A DNA stretch of 64,000 nucleotides. Origin: Candidatus Oxydemutatoraceae bacterium. Lineage in GTDB: Bacteria > Pseudomonadota > Gammaproteobacteria > Poriferisulfidales > Oxydemutatoraceae. A program made the translations under genes and the position numbers. The notes under the pieces are model-generated. The model saw nothing but the letters and a program-made list of their open reading frames with translations. It searched no databases and had not been told where the DNA came from. Each line of letters starts with the position of its first letter. Position 1 is the stretch's first letter. The DNA lies in contig OZ244779.1 of assembly GCA_965219575.1 (NCBI GenBank), positions 492,769 to 556,768 of the forward strand, read 5' to 3'. Below, piece after piece: positions 1-9,875 of the stretch.

Positions 1-192
1 GCTTTTACTCTCGCAATGAAGCGAACAGCATACGAAAAACAAGCCGGCATTTGTGTCACCTGTAAAAAGCATTTTGACTTTTCCGACATGCAAGGCGACC
101 ATATCACCCCGTGGATTGAGGGAGGCAAAACCACTCCCGAGAACTGCCAAATGCTATGCAAAGAATGCAACTGCCGCAAATCCTCAAACTAA
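1..192 (+). CDS. C-terminal end of an HNH endonuclease-domain protein (5' part outside window)
   Basis: Frame 1 reads ...GICVTCKKHF...GDHITPWIEGGKTTPENCQMLCKECNCRKSSN*: CxxC, DH, N and CxxCN HNH pattern; stop at 190-192. Confidence 0.85.
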   Translation, partial: AFTLAMKRTAYEKQAGICVTCKKHFDFSDMQGDHITPWIEGGKTTPENCQMLCKECNCRKSSN

Positions 193-605
193 CCCCCCAC
201 CCTTCTCTTCTTAAACAAGGAGACTGTACGGCTCCTATCTAAGTTGTATACTAACTTGCTGGAAGTTGAGCATGGTTAGCTAATCTGCTCCGTAGTTCTC
301 TCATAATTTTCTTTTAGATGATTTTATATTTTTTGAGATATATGCTGATGAAGTTATTGCGCAAGAAATACAGATATTGATAAATGATGTTTTATTATAT
401 ATATTAGCATTATTTTAGAAAGGCTTCAGATATATTCTTATAAAAAAGATTATGAGAAATCCTGTTGATTATAAATTTGTTAAAAATTCTAACATTAAAA
501 AAACTTGATTATGTTGTTTTTAAAATAATTTTTTCTTTATATTTCCTGCTTCTTGGCAATGAATATATAATAAATTACGATGTATATGTTTTTTTATAAC
601 ATATA

Positions 606-633
606 TTGACAAATAGAAATTTTCTACTATAAT
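606..633 (+). promoter_or_regulatory. Sigma70 consensus promoter with an internal palindrome
   Basis: TTGACA (606-611), 16-bp spacer containing the inverted repeat TAGAAA-T-TTTCTA, then TATAAT (628-633); ATG at 642. Confidence 0.75.
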
Positions 634-641
634 TAATTTTT

Positions 642-1019
642 ATGAAAGAACAACTATATACAAAAATTCTGGAAGAACAGAAAAAAAAATTAGAGAAACA
701 GATAGCATCTGCTCGCATGAAGTACTATGGCCTGAAAAGTGAATTAAAGGGAGTTATGAAAGCTATAGACGCTGTTAAGGGTAATCCTGAAAAAAAAATA
801 AACCTTAAACAAGAAATACTGACAGTATTAGAAGATAATAATCCAGAGGGGTTATATGCATCAGAAGTAGCAGCAAAAATCGAGGAGAAAAATAACTTAA
901 CTGTACTTAAACCCTCTGTCTCATCTACTTTATCACGTCTTAAAAAAGAAAAAGTCGTAGATTGCTATGACAGAAAATATACACTGAGAAAAGATGATAG
1001 CTACCTCGCAGACTTTTGA
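642..1019 (+). CDS. Small putative DNA-binding protein (N-terminal coiled coil, C-terminal winged HTH)
   Basis: 125 aa; Lys/Glu-rich heptad N-terminus, then GLYASEVAAKI...SVSSTLSRLKKEKVV wHTH-like segment. Confidence 0.6.
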   Translation: MKEQLYTKILEEQKKKLEKQIASARMKYYGLKSELKGVMKAIDAVKGNPEKKINLKQEILTVLEDNNPEGLYASEVAAKIEEKNNLTVLKPSVSSTLSRLKKEKVVDCYDRKYTLRKDDSYLADF

Positions 1020-1084
1020 TGGACTTAATATACCATCTCTCTTTATGCAAATCTATTCCTGCTATTACTATCTTTATATGGAAA

Positions 1085-1183
1085 GGAGACAACCGGTTGG
1101 CGGTATAACTATCACAACTGGGAGTGCCATTCGTAGCGGTGCCCCAGGATAGTTATGTGGGTTCGATTCCCACTGTCTCCACC
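1085..1183 (+). ncRNA. tRNA-like structured element without a canonical anticodon arm
   Basis: GGAGACA (1085-1091) pairs with TGTCTCC (1174-1180), followed by ACC; T-arm GTGGG-TTCGATT-CCCAC; hairpin ACCG-GTTGG-CGGT; long stem ATAACTATC/GATAGTTAT enclosing CTGGG/CCCAG. Confidence 0.5.
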
Positions 1184-1362
1184 TCCAATTATATCTTATC
1201 TCTCCGTAAAATCCTATTTTCTGTACGATGCCATAACATATTAGACTTGGTATGATTCTCCTTAAATTCACTAATAAACTGAAAATATTTTTTCCAATGA
1301 ACTGGAAACTAGTGGCATGAAAACTAACTTTGCAGATGAGCCTAAAATGAGGTAACCACAAA

Positions 1363-1809
1363 TCAATTCTTATCTAAAAACCTGCTTATCTTGCGCCTTA
1401 GGCGGTCTAGGTTTGATAATTCACATTCCCACACCACGATAGATTTCCAGCCCATGCGGCGTAATTTATCTCTGACTCGTTTGTCTCGCCGTCTATTACT
1501 TTCCAGCTTGGGTTTCCAAAAGCTTCGTCTGGATTTAGGCATTGTTCCTTTCGGACAGTTCTCGTGTGCATGCCAGAAGCATCCGTGAACGAAGATAGCT
1601 TTATTTAGTGATTTGAAAACCATGTCGGGACAGCCCGGCAATTCTTTGACATGTAGTCTATAGCGATAACCCATGCGGTGGGTTAATCTACGGACGGTGA
1701 TTTCCGGTTTAGTGTTTCGGGTGCGCACCGAAGCCATTAATTTACTTCTTTGAATTTTCGTTAGCGTGTCCATTGCCTCTGATGCCGTCATAACGGACGG
1801 ACTTTTCAC
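1363..1809 (-). CDS. vsr: Very-short-patch repair endonuclease
   Basis: RSKLMASVRTRNTKPE, LPGCPD, FVHGCFWHAH, W..K...N..RD and VWECE motifs; directly downstream of a C5-MTase. Confidence 0.95.
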   Translation of the reverse strand: MKSPSVMTASEAMDTLTKIQRSKLMASVRTRNTKPEITVRRLTHRMGYRYRLHVKELPGCPDMVFKSLNKAIFVHGCFWHAHENCPKGTMPKSRRSFWKPKLESNRRRDKRVRDKLRRMGWKSIVVWECELSNLDRLRRKISRFLDKN

Positions 1810-1844
1810 AAAACTATAGTGTTCTTACCCGGTAATACTTGATG

Positions 1845-2915
1845 TTAGAGTGATGTCGACATGTGCCTTATGATTGTTGTTCCCAAAGCCTTCGCCAGTT
1901 TCGGTGGCACTGCGTTTCCAATCATGCGTTGTATGGCGGTACGGTTCGGGATTTCTTCCTCGGAGCAGAATTCGTAATTTCTCGGAAAAGATTGCAGGAG
2001 CATGGCTTCTCTAAGTGTGATTGATCTGTCCTGTTCGGGATGCCCGAATCGCCCGTTTCCGATACCGGTGCAATGGGTTGTCATAGTCGGAGACGGCTTA
2101 TCCCACCACATTCTGCCGTAGTTGCAACCGTAGCTTTGTCCCGAGATTTTCTTATGGCAGTCCAATACCAAATTACTCGGCCAGTCATGTCGTGTACCGC
2201 CGTCATGCTTAGTCATACGCATGCGTTCTAGGTTCAAGGGTGAGAGGTCGGGAGCGCAGTGCATGCGATCCGTCGGATCTTCTTCGCCTGCTTTCAGAGG
2301 TGGCAGCTTTTCTATGGCTCTACGCACCGTTTCCCATTGCCCGTCATTTCGGTATGCTCCGGCGGGAACCGAAATTTTGCCTAAGCGAGAGGCTAGTAAG
2401 ACCCACCGTTTGCGTGATTGCGGGACACCGTATTCGCAACAATTAATAATTTTCCAGTCAACATGATATTTGTTCTTCGTTAAGGTTGCGAGAAATTGCT
2501 GAAACACAGCACTCCTTCGGCTCGCTAGTCCCGGAACATTCTCCATAGTAACGAATTCCGGTAATATCCCCTCTATATAACGACCGAAATGTTTCAGCAA
2601 ATCCCAGTCGTCATGAAGTTTTTTTTCTTTGGTGGTAAGTTGTGAAAACGGTTGGCACGGTGCACAACCGGCTAAGAGTCTATATTGTCCGGTTGCGAAT
2701 AGTCCGGCGACATCCGAATGGTGATTGCGAGTTAAATCCCACTCGTAAAACCGAGATCCCGGATTATTTGTTTCATAGGCATAGCGAGCCTGCCTGTCAA
2801 TATCGATGCCTGCCGCTACTCGGATACCCGCTTTACGCAATCCGTAGGTTAGACCGCCGGCACCACAAAAGAGATCTACGGCACTGATTTTCTTTGTAAT
2901 CGTTCTTTTAGACAT
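1845..2915 (-). CDS. dcm: DNA (cytosine-5) methyltransferase
   Basis: Motif I DLFCGAGG, IV GCAPCQPFS, VI ENV, VIII QSRKR, X IGNAVPP. Confidence 0.95.
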   Translation of the reverse strand: MSKRTITKKISAVDLFCGAGGLTYGLRKAGIRVAAGIDIDRQARYAYETNNPGSRFYEWDLTRNHHSDVAGLFATGQYRLLAGCAPCQPFSQLTTKEKKLHDDWDLLKHFGRYIEGILPEFVTMENVPGLASRRSAVFQQFLATLTKNKYHVDWKIINCCEYGVPQSRKRWVLLASRLGKISVPAGAYRNDGQWETVRRAIEKLPPLKAGEEDPTDRMHCAPDLSPLNLERMRMTKHDGGTRHDWPSNLVLDCHKKISGQSYGCNYGRMWWDKPSPTMTTHCTGIGNGRFGHPEQDRSITLREAMLLQSFPRNYEFCSEEEIPNRTAIQRMIGNAVPPKLAKALGTTIIRHMSTSL

Positions 2916-4709
2916 TAATGGATTTTATAATAGTTTCAATTCTTTGAATCTGCTTGCTTGCCTTTTCTTGAGCCTCTATATATTCTTTATATTGTTTCTC
3001 GGCTTGAGATATGATTTCTTGATATGTCGTTACCCTAATACCACTTTCTTGAAGAGTTCTTTTACCTGTTTCCATTTCATCGGGACTCTCCCAACCAATA
3101 GGAAATTCTCCTAGAATAATAACACCTTCCACGATGTTATCTTTTCTACCTGAGTCTTTTAATTCTTTGGAAACAGCACTCATATATTCGCGGATTTGTT
3201 TTGCTAAATCAAAATGGTTGAGTTTTCTTCCGGGTCTCTTAAGTTCTATCACCACATGTTGTTCGGGTGCTTTTTTGTATTGAATATCAATTCTTAATTC
3301 TTTTATCCTCTCTACTTCTTTGCCGGTTTTATCGTCAAGTTCTTTCCAACGTCTTTTTACCCGTTTTTCCAACTTTTGTTCTGCACAAGCTCGATCCCAG
3401 GAGGGATCTAATAACCACAAATGATCATATATATGTTCTTGAATAATTTTCTCTAGTTGCTTTTCATTTACATACTTTTGCAATTTATTTATGATTTCTA
3501 GACGCCCTTCGGTTATAGTGTAATAACTCATTGCTTCGATTTCATCTTGATTTCTGAACAATTCTGAGAATTGTTCTAAATTGTCTAAAGAAACATTGCT
3601 CAGAGCGTCTAAATTACCCCTCATACGCATTTGTTCTACAGCAGGTACGAAATGGCGAATTATATCTCTTTTCCTATCGCTGTCGTCAAGTGTTGCAGTA
3701 TATTTAAACAATCTATTGGTTATTTTTTGAGCATCTTGAGAAAGTTCGTCGTACCATTCTTTTATATCTTTATTTTTGCCAAGAATATCCTCTTTGGCTC
3801 TATCAGTTCTTAATTTGTGCCAATCTCCACATATATGTGTAACTAGACTCCTAATGCTTTCTTTAACATTTTGATAACGGTCGTCATTCTGATTTAAGTG
3901 TTGTCTGCCACTGGTTGCCATATCTTCTTCATCATCCCTGTCAAGATAATTTGCATGGATTTCTCCTATAAGATATTTTACGGCAACATCTCCCTTACCT
4001 AAGCTGTGTAATATATCCTCTTGGGCCAATCTACCGCGCATCATGATAGCGATATTATTAAAATTCTCGCCGCCGTCATCCATTAACTGGTTGACTTCGA
4101 ATACTGAACCAACCCATCCCGACAACCTGCTACCGTTATCTTTAATCAAATTTTTATCAATATGCTTATGCAAAGAATTGCAACAGGCTTTCTTAATTTC
4201 CGCTGCTTTGTCTTTATCTCCAAAAGTCCAGAGTTTTGAATTTTAGAGAAATAATTTCTGTCGCTTACGCTCACCTCGTCATTATTTACAAAAACCTTGA
4301 AATGATACTTATCTCCGATTATCGAGAATCTTCTAGATAGACGTTCTCTTAAATACTTATGTAGCCCCCTTGATTTATGTCGAAAACTAGTAAGTTCTAT
4401 TCTAGTGCCACAATCAAAGTTTATTTCACTATTTATTTCACTTTCATCTAGTTCATTCGGATAGTAATCGTTTTTTCCCTGAATTGCTTTTTTTATCTCG
4501 GGATACGACAATTCAAGCCCAATTTTCTTTCCTTCTTTAACCGAATACACCTTAACTTCATTAGCTATTGAGAATAGTGCCAATCTACCGATTCCTTTTC
4601 TCCCCATAACCGGTCGCTCATATTTTGGTGTTTTCTGTTCATTGGCATCCCGCCGCCGATAACCAATGGTGAGATATTTTTTTGGGAATTATATACTTAA
4701 ATACATAAA

Positions 4710-4868
4710 TCAGTCTCGCTTCTCTAGCTTAAAGCGAGTATTTAGTTCCTTAGTTGTGGGGTTTTTGTTCTGATACTTTGTGCGATTAGGGGTAGGCTTT
4801 AGCAACACCTCTTTTATAGCTTCCTTAAAATCCCTTTCGTTTATTGGTTTATGATCTTTAGGGTTCAT
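4710..4868 (-). CDS. 52-aa passenger ORF inside IS1595
   Basis: MNPKDHKPINERDFKEAIKEVLLKP...FKLEKRD*, translated by hand; below the ORF-track cutoff. Confidence 0.45.
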   Translation of the reverse strand: MNPKDHKPINERDFKEAIKEVLLKPTPNRTKYQNKNPTTKELNTRFKLEKRD

Positions 4869-4961
4869 TTCTTAAACTTTCGCTTACTTCACTTGACAAC
4901 GCTGGCAACATACTTGTTGGCGATTGCAGCTGTGTTATGAAACCGCTCTAAGCTATCCACT

Positions 4962-5921
4962 TTAATTACTGCCGGTAAGTTCTTTATAACTTAATCGCTT
5001 ACCCAAAAAGCCTTTAGCTAGTGCTGCCATGCGCTCTAGGGTATCTACTTGACAGTTTCCTTTGTTCAATCTAAAAGAAAACTCATCTACATATCTCGGC
5101 AAATGCTTTATGCTGACATGATGATAAGTTCCGCTTAATCCGCGCTTAAGCAAAGCCCATACGCTTTCTATGCCGTTGGTATGTGTCATGCCATTGACAT
5201 ATTCCTTCACCAAATGATTGACTGTATCATGTTTGTAGAGCATACCACTGACACTCAAATAACCTGAATGTTCATCAGTATATAATTGGCTACCGATTTC
5301 TACATTGCTAGTTATTGCTCTGTGTAGTGTAGGTTGCTTGGTGTTTGCAACTGGCATCGCTTTAGTTCTACCGCATCTCTCGCGCATGCCGAGTATGATA
5401 GATTTCCCAACCACACCTCTGCCAGATTTCAACTGCTTGTTCTCGTGCTTGTTCCGTTCCTTACCACCAATATAGGTTTCGTCTATTTCCACTGAACCCG
5501 ATAGCTTAAAAGCACCTTGCTTGCATGCCTCACGGACACGCTGTAGCATAAACCAAGCCGACTTTTGAGTAATGCTTAATTCCTTTGATAGCTGTAAAGA
5601 CGATACACCTTTACGCGCCGTTAGAATTAAATAACAAACAATCGCCCATTTTGTTAAAGGCAATTTTGAAGCATGCATTAGCGTCCCAGTTTTGACCGTA
5701 AATGTGTATTGTGGACTACACGAATTACAGCAATAAGCGTGCTGGTGTTGCTTATCTCTACGCTTAACTATGTTATCCTCTGAATTGCATTTAGGACATA
5801 CTGGGGTGCCGTTCCAACGCACAGCTTCAAACCATTTACTCGCTTTGTATTCAGTGGAAAACATCTTTTGCAACTCTAGTATGCCGATTGTTTTAGCTCG
5901 TCTTTTCATGTTTATCTCCAT
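4962..5921 (-). CDS. IS1595-family DDE transposase
   Basis: Zn ribbon CPKC...CNSC, HTH, then VEIDETYIGG, YTDE, HTNGIESVW and HLPRYVDEFSFR. Confidence 0.95.
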   Translation of the reverse strand: MEINMKRRAKTIGILELQKMFSTEYKASKWFEAVRWNGTPVCPKCNSEDNIVKRRDKQHQHAYCCNSCSPQYTFTVKTGTLMHASKLPLTKWAIVCYLILTARKGVSSLQLSKELSITQKSAWFMLQRVREACKQGAFKLSGSVEIDETYIGGKERNKHENKQLKSGRGVVGKSIILGMRERCGRTKAMPVANTKQPTLHRAITSNVEIGSQLYTDEHSGYLSVSGMLYKHDTVNHLVKEYVNGMTHTNGIESVWALLKRGLSGTYHHVSIKHLPRYVDEFSFRLNKGNCQVDTLERMAALAKGFLGKRLSYKELTGSN

Positions 5922-6461
5922 AGGTTATTTGTGTATCATTGTGTCACAAAATTAAAATAAATAAAACCTTAAATAACCCTTGAATTATATAGCTTTCATT
6001 AATCAGTTATGTATTTAAGTATATAATTCCCATTTTTTTTGGATGTCATCCCTGTTCATACCGTGACCGTCGTCTTTGATTACGATTTTGTCTTCGCTGG
6101 TCAGTATATCGACTCGTTCGGCATCGGCATCCCATGCGTTTGCTACTAATTCTGCGAGAGCAGCCGGAAATCCGCTGTATAGTTTGACACCTAGGTCGTC
6201 AATAGTGCCTAGGCTTACTTTCATGTATAAAGGTTTTTGCTCTTCAGCCATAACAAAGTTTTATCCGATTCAAGGGTTCGCCATATTATAGTCTATATAT
6301 GAGACAACCTTCCGCTAAGCAAGCGTAAGCCATAAATTAGGATGTAATCCCAAGTAGATATGTAACTAAAAATGGGGTAATGTCTATGCCATGCAGGGTG
6401 CTCTGCTTCTACTGTTCTTTCGCTGTTTAGGACGCAATATTTAGATTTTGTAAGAGGTTAC

Positions 6462-6489
6462 GCCACTTGCCCGACTGGAGCAAGTGGCA
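6462..6489 (-). terminator. Inverted repeat downstream of the Rpn gene, possible terminator
   Basis: GCCACTTGC-N10-GCAAGTGGC about 50 bp past the Rpn stop. Confidence 0.35.
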
Positions 6490-6537
6490 ATTCTATGCAA
6501 CAAGTGGCAGTGCTATTTGTGCAATGACAACACTTTT

Positions 6538-7533
6538 TCAATCGGCGGTTGTATCTTTTAGCTGTTCAATCTCAGTGGCGGATATACCTATCACCTCGGA
6601 AATCTCGGAAATCTCGTAACCTTTTTGTAGCATGTTCAGAGCGATTTCGTGATTCCTTGCTGTTTTACCTTTGCCCATTCCATCGGCATGCCCTTCTCGC
6701 AAGCCTTTCTCATAAAAACCACGCTCTTCCAATCTATCATCCAACTTTTGTATCTTTCGCACCATAGAAACTAGGTCTAATCTCCCATCTTTTGATACCT
6801 TCTCTAAATGTTCTAGTATCATTTTTGTCTCTTTGTCTTGTGATAGGTGTGCTACTTCTTCGTCTGTGAGATCGGCCGCTTTCTTCATAATGTAACACCA
6901 TCTTTCCTTCATATCGACTAGTTCAAAGCAGCTTTCTTTGAGTTTACTCAATTCCACCATCACCAATCTGGAACGCTGATTGAGCTCGTCATGCGGCTGT
7001 CCATTCGAATACCATATCGGTTGGTGTATATAGTCCGGTGAGTCTTCGAATAAAACGAGATCTTCAAACATCAACACATAGGCTGGTCTCCCTCTGTAAA
7101 AAATCCCTCGCTTCGCTAGCACAAAGTAAGGCGGCACTCTATCCAAGAAGTGGTCTTCAATAACCGCCGGCATCTCCACATTGACATTTTTGCCACTACT
7201 CAATGTCACCTTAAAGTCCAATATGATATGCCTATTATTCGGTGCCACCGACATTATAAAATCATCTTCCCAGCGTAGTTTGTCGCCCGGTTGATTTTGT
7301 TTGATGGTCTTTTGCCTATGGGAGAATATTTTGTCTAATTCTCTAGGTCTTAGAATGAATACATCCGAGATCTTATCGGTAATAGGCAAGAAACATTCAA
7401 ACAAGGAGATGAGTACTTGTTTATTGCTCGTAAAAAACTTTTTGAAAACGGCATCTTGTGTAAGTGATAAATATTTAGTTTGTTCCATGATAAATCTCCT
7501 GAGTTTTGATTGAAAACTCATAGTGTGGATCAA
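6538..7533 (-). CDS. Rpn-family (PD-(D/E)XK transposase-like) nuclease
   Basis: DAVFKKFF...LISLF, ILDFKV...NVEM, and C-terminal EKGLREG...IALNMLQKG.EISEI..VIG; likely start ATG 7488 after AGGAG. Confidence 0.85.
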   Translation of the reverse strand: MIHTMSFQSKLRRFIMEQTKYLSLTQDAVFKKFFTSNKQVLISLFECFLPITDKISDVFILRPRELDKIFSHRQKTIKQNQPGDKLRWEDDFIMSVAPNNRHIILDFKVTLSSGKNVNVEMPAVIEDHFLDRVPPYFVLAKRGIFYRGRPAYVLMFEDLVLFEDSPDYIHQPIWYSNGQPHDELNQRSRLVMVELSKLKESCFELVDMKERWCYIMKKAADLTDEEVAHLSQDKETKMILEHLEKVSKDGRLDLVSMVRKIQKLDDRLEERGFYEKGLREGHADGMGKGKTARNHEIALNMLQKGYEISEISEVIGISATEIEQLKDTTAD

Positions 7534-7556
7534 TATTCAATAACCTGAAAAAACAT

Positions 7557-7590
7557 TCCGATGAACGGTAGTAAATATCCGATAAACGGT
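7557..7590 (-). promoter_or_regulatory. Paired LytTR/AlgR-type boxes upstream of the Rpn gene
   Basis: Minus strand ACCGTTTATCGGA and ACCGTTCATCGGA with 21-bp period; same arrangement at 60500-60533. Confidence 0.5.
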
Positions 7591-7897
7591 GTGAGGTTGT
7601 ATAAAAACAGGCGGAATTATATCGACCTTCCCTCATTTTTAGGACCGCCTGCAAAGTTAGTTTTCATGTTATTGTCTGCGCAAATACACTTTGAAATAAC
7701 ATAAGTATTAATAGTCATTCTGCACAATTGGTTATAGGCAAGATAACCAATTCAAGTGGTATTGCCATCATATATAAAAAGGCAAGAGTGACTGTAGAAA
7801 ACTGATGGATAGATTATAATGAAGTCCGCCACACAGTGCATTGTCAACGATGCTCGGTAAGCGCGGTAAAGTCTATAATTACTCAGCCTAAGAATGC

Positions 7898-9868
7898 ATG
7901 ATGGGAAAACGATTTGATACAGAACTAGAACAACTAGAGCATACATATAAATGGGCTATAGGTGTTGATGTATCAAAAATATCTTGCCTAATCAGAAACT
8001 CTTGTGGTCTTCCTCTGCTATCCGTTGGATCAGGAGGTTCTTTATCAGCTGCAGAGTTTCAAGCCCTTCTTCATAGAACTCTATTTTCGTCCATTGGGCA
8101 GGCTGTAACACCCGTTGAATTAATCTCAATGCTTCCGAGAAATAGGGAAGTTGCAGTTTGGTTTATGTCGGCTAACGGTGACAATATCGATATTTCCCGA
8201 GCCTTTAAGCACACGGCCTTGCATGAAATGAAGTTTGTCAGTGCATTGGTTTGCCGAAAAGAGAGCAAGCTACATAAGCTATCAACAGAATATGAATATA
8301 CAAAGTGTTTTCAATTTCCTATCCCTTCCGGGAAAGACGGTTTTCTTGCAACTAATTCGCTTCTTGTTTTCCTAGTTATCCTCTATAGAGCGTACGGTGA
8401 GGTAATTAAAGAAGTAAATAAGACAGTAGGTTTATCTAAAACACTAAACGCATTAATCAGAAAGTGCCTAGCAAATTTTAGTGGTCTTAAGGACATCAAA
8501 AAAAACGCAGCACCGCTATGTAATAAAAAATCCATACATGTTTTATACAGCCTTGACCTAAAACCTGCCGCATTGGATATTGAATCAAAATTTACGGAGG
8601 CGGGACTCATCTCTTCCCACTTGGCGGATATCAGAAATTTTGCCCACGGCAGACATAATTGGTTCTCAAAGTATGAGGCAGACAGTGGCGTTATTGCCTT
8701 ATCAACCAATAATGATTATAAAGTGATAGAAAAAACGCTTGCCTTATTACCGAATACAATTCCTAAGACTCATATTTCTTTTAATTACTTGGGTGGTGTT
8801 GAAGTAATTGTGGGAATAGTATTATCAATGCACTTGACAAATTGGCTTGGGAAAGAAAGAGGCATTGATCCGGGACGGCCTGGGATTGCGTCCTTTGGTT
8901 CAAAAATATATAGACTGGCAGCTAATCCAGGGTTTGTTACCTCAGTAAAGAAAAAGGAAGCAGCTATAGAAAGAAAAAGAAAATTAGCCCCTCTAAATTA
9001 TGGTAATAGGAGCGAGCAACTATGGGTTGATGCGCATAATAAATTTACCCGAAAGCTTGCAGCAGCGAATATAGGCGGGGTTGTTTTAGATTATGACGGA
9101 ACGGTTGTGGATAGCGATAAACGTTGGGATCCGCCGGGCGCAAGAATGATAAGTGAACTGATAAGATTGTTAGAAGAGAACATGGTTATAGGTTTTGCAA
9201 CAGGTAGAGGAGACTCAATAAGGGATGATTTGCAACAAGTTATTCCAAAGAAGCTTTGGGGTAAGATATTGATAGGTTACTATAATGGTGCTGAATTAAA
9301 ACACTTGTTAGAAAATACAGACTTGAGAACTGCCTCTGACCCTATACCGGAACTAAAGTTACTATCTACTAAATTAAAAAAGAATATTTTTTTACATTCA
9401 GTTGCTGACTTTAAGCAAAAAGAATATCAACTAACCGTAAAATCGAAAGAAAACAAACCTCTTTCGGAGACATTTTTATGGGACTTGGTTCAAGATGAAT
9501 TTCATCAATATCTGGAGCATAAAGGAGACGAGCTTTCTGAGTTTTCTGGGCATAGAGCAAAAATTCTTCGCTCCAGTCATTCAGTAGATATAATTGCAGG
9601 GGATGTATCTAAACTATCTGTAGTAAAAGCAATCAGACAAAATATACAGGAAAATTCTGAGATCTTGAATATTGGAGATAGAGGGAGATGGCCTGGCAAT
9701 GATGCCGAACTTCTCAAAGAAACTCTGTCTTTAAGTGTTGATGAGGTTTCGTATTCTTCAGAGACTTGTTGGAATCTGTGTCCAGCCGGTATCCGAGGCG
9801 CACAAGGCACCCTTTATTATCTTAGCCGATTGAAAAGAAAAAATGGAACCATGAGGTTTTTTCCGTAG
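7898..9868 (+). CDS. SIS (sugar isomerase)-like domains fused to a HAD-family phosphatase
   Basis: SIS-like VGSGGSLSAA, SANGDN, GFLATNS, NFAHGRH; HAD motifs DYDGT, ATGRG, K and GDRG...GND. Confidence 0.8.
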   Translation: MMGKRFDTELEQLEHTYKWAIGVDVSKISCLIRNSCGLPLLSVGSGGSLSAAEFQALLHRTLFSSIGQAVTPVELISMLPRNREVAVWFMSANGDNIDISRAFKHTALHEMKFVSALVCRKESKLHKLSTEYEYTKCFQFPIPSGKDGFLATNSLLVFLVILYRAYGEVIKEVNKTVGLSKTLNALIRKCLANFSGLKDIKKNAAPLCNKKSIHVLYSLDLKPAALDIESKFTEAGLISSHLADIRNFAHGRHNWFSKYEADSGVIALSTNNDYKVIEKTLALLPNTIPKTHISFNYLGGVEVIVGIVLSMHLTNWLGKERGIDPGRPGIASFGSKIYRLAANPGFVTSVKKKEAAIERKRKLAPLNYGNRSEQLWVDAHNKFTRKLAAANIGGVVLDYDGTVVDSDKRWDPPGARMISELIRLLEENMVIGFATGRGDSIRDDLQQVIPKKLWGKILIGYYNGAELKHLLENTDLRTASDPIPELKLLSTKLKKNIFLHSVADFKQKEYQLTVKSKENKPLSETFLWDLVQDEFHQYLEHKGDELSEFSGHRAKILRSSHSVDIIAGDVSKLSVVKAIRQNIQENSEILNIGDRGRWPGNDAELLKETLSLSVDEVSYSSETCWNLCPAGIRGAQGTLYYLSRLKRKNGTMRFFP

Positions 9869-9875
9869 AGAGAAG

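Larger units (their letters stand above)
4684..6031 (-). mobile_element. IS1595-family insertion sequence
   Basis: Perfect 25-bp terminal inverted repeats GGGAATTATATACTTAAATACATAA (4684-4708 / 6007-6031); 8-bp target duplication ATTTTTTT (4676-4683 / 6032-6039). Confidence 0.93.
2908..6251 (-). pseudogene. GHKL (HATPase) ATPase fused to a PD-(D/E)XK-like nuclease, probable restriction partner of the MTase; split by IS1595 and a 1-nt frameshift
   Basis: Pieces 6015-6251 (ELVANAWDADA, DDGHGM), 4146-4607 (GRKGIGRLA) and 2908-4173 (IDIQY...VIELKRP). Removing the IS and one target copy restores DIQKKYLTIGYRRR...MGRKGIG in frame. Adding one base to the T-run at 4234-4237 joins SKIQ to KLWTFG...HKHID. 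Confidence 0.85.

Noticed and set aside
1085-1183. tRNA-Sec or tmRNA
   Set aside because: No UCA anticodon loop, no G3-U70 pair, and far too short for a tag-encoding tmRNA; kept only as a tRNA-like element
1074-1361. 95-aa minus-strand ORF after vsr
   Set aside because: Overlaps the structured element in antisense (the RWESNP peptide is typical of antisense T-arms) and has no protein-like features
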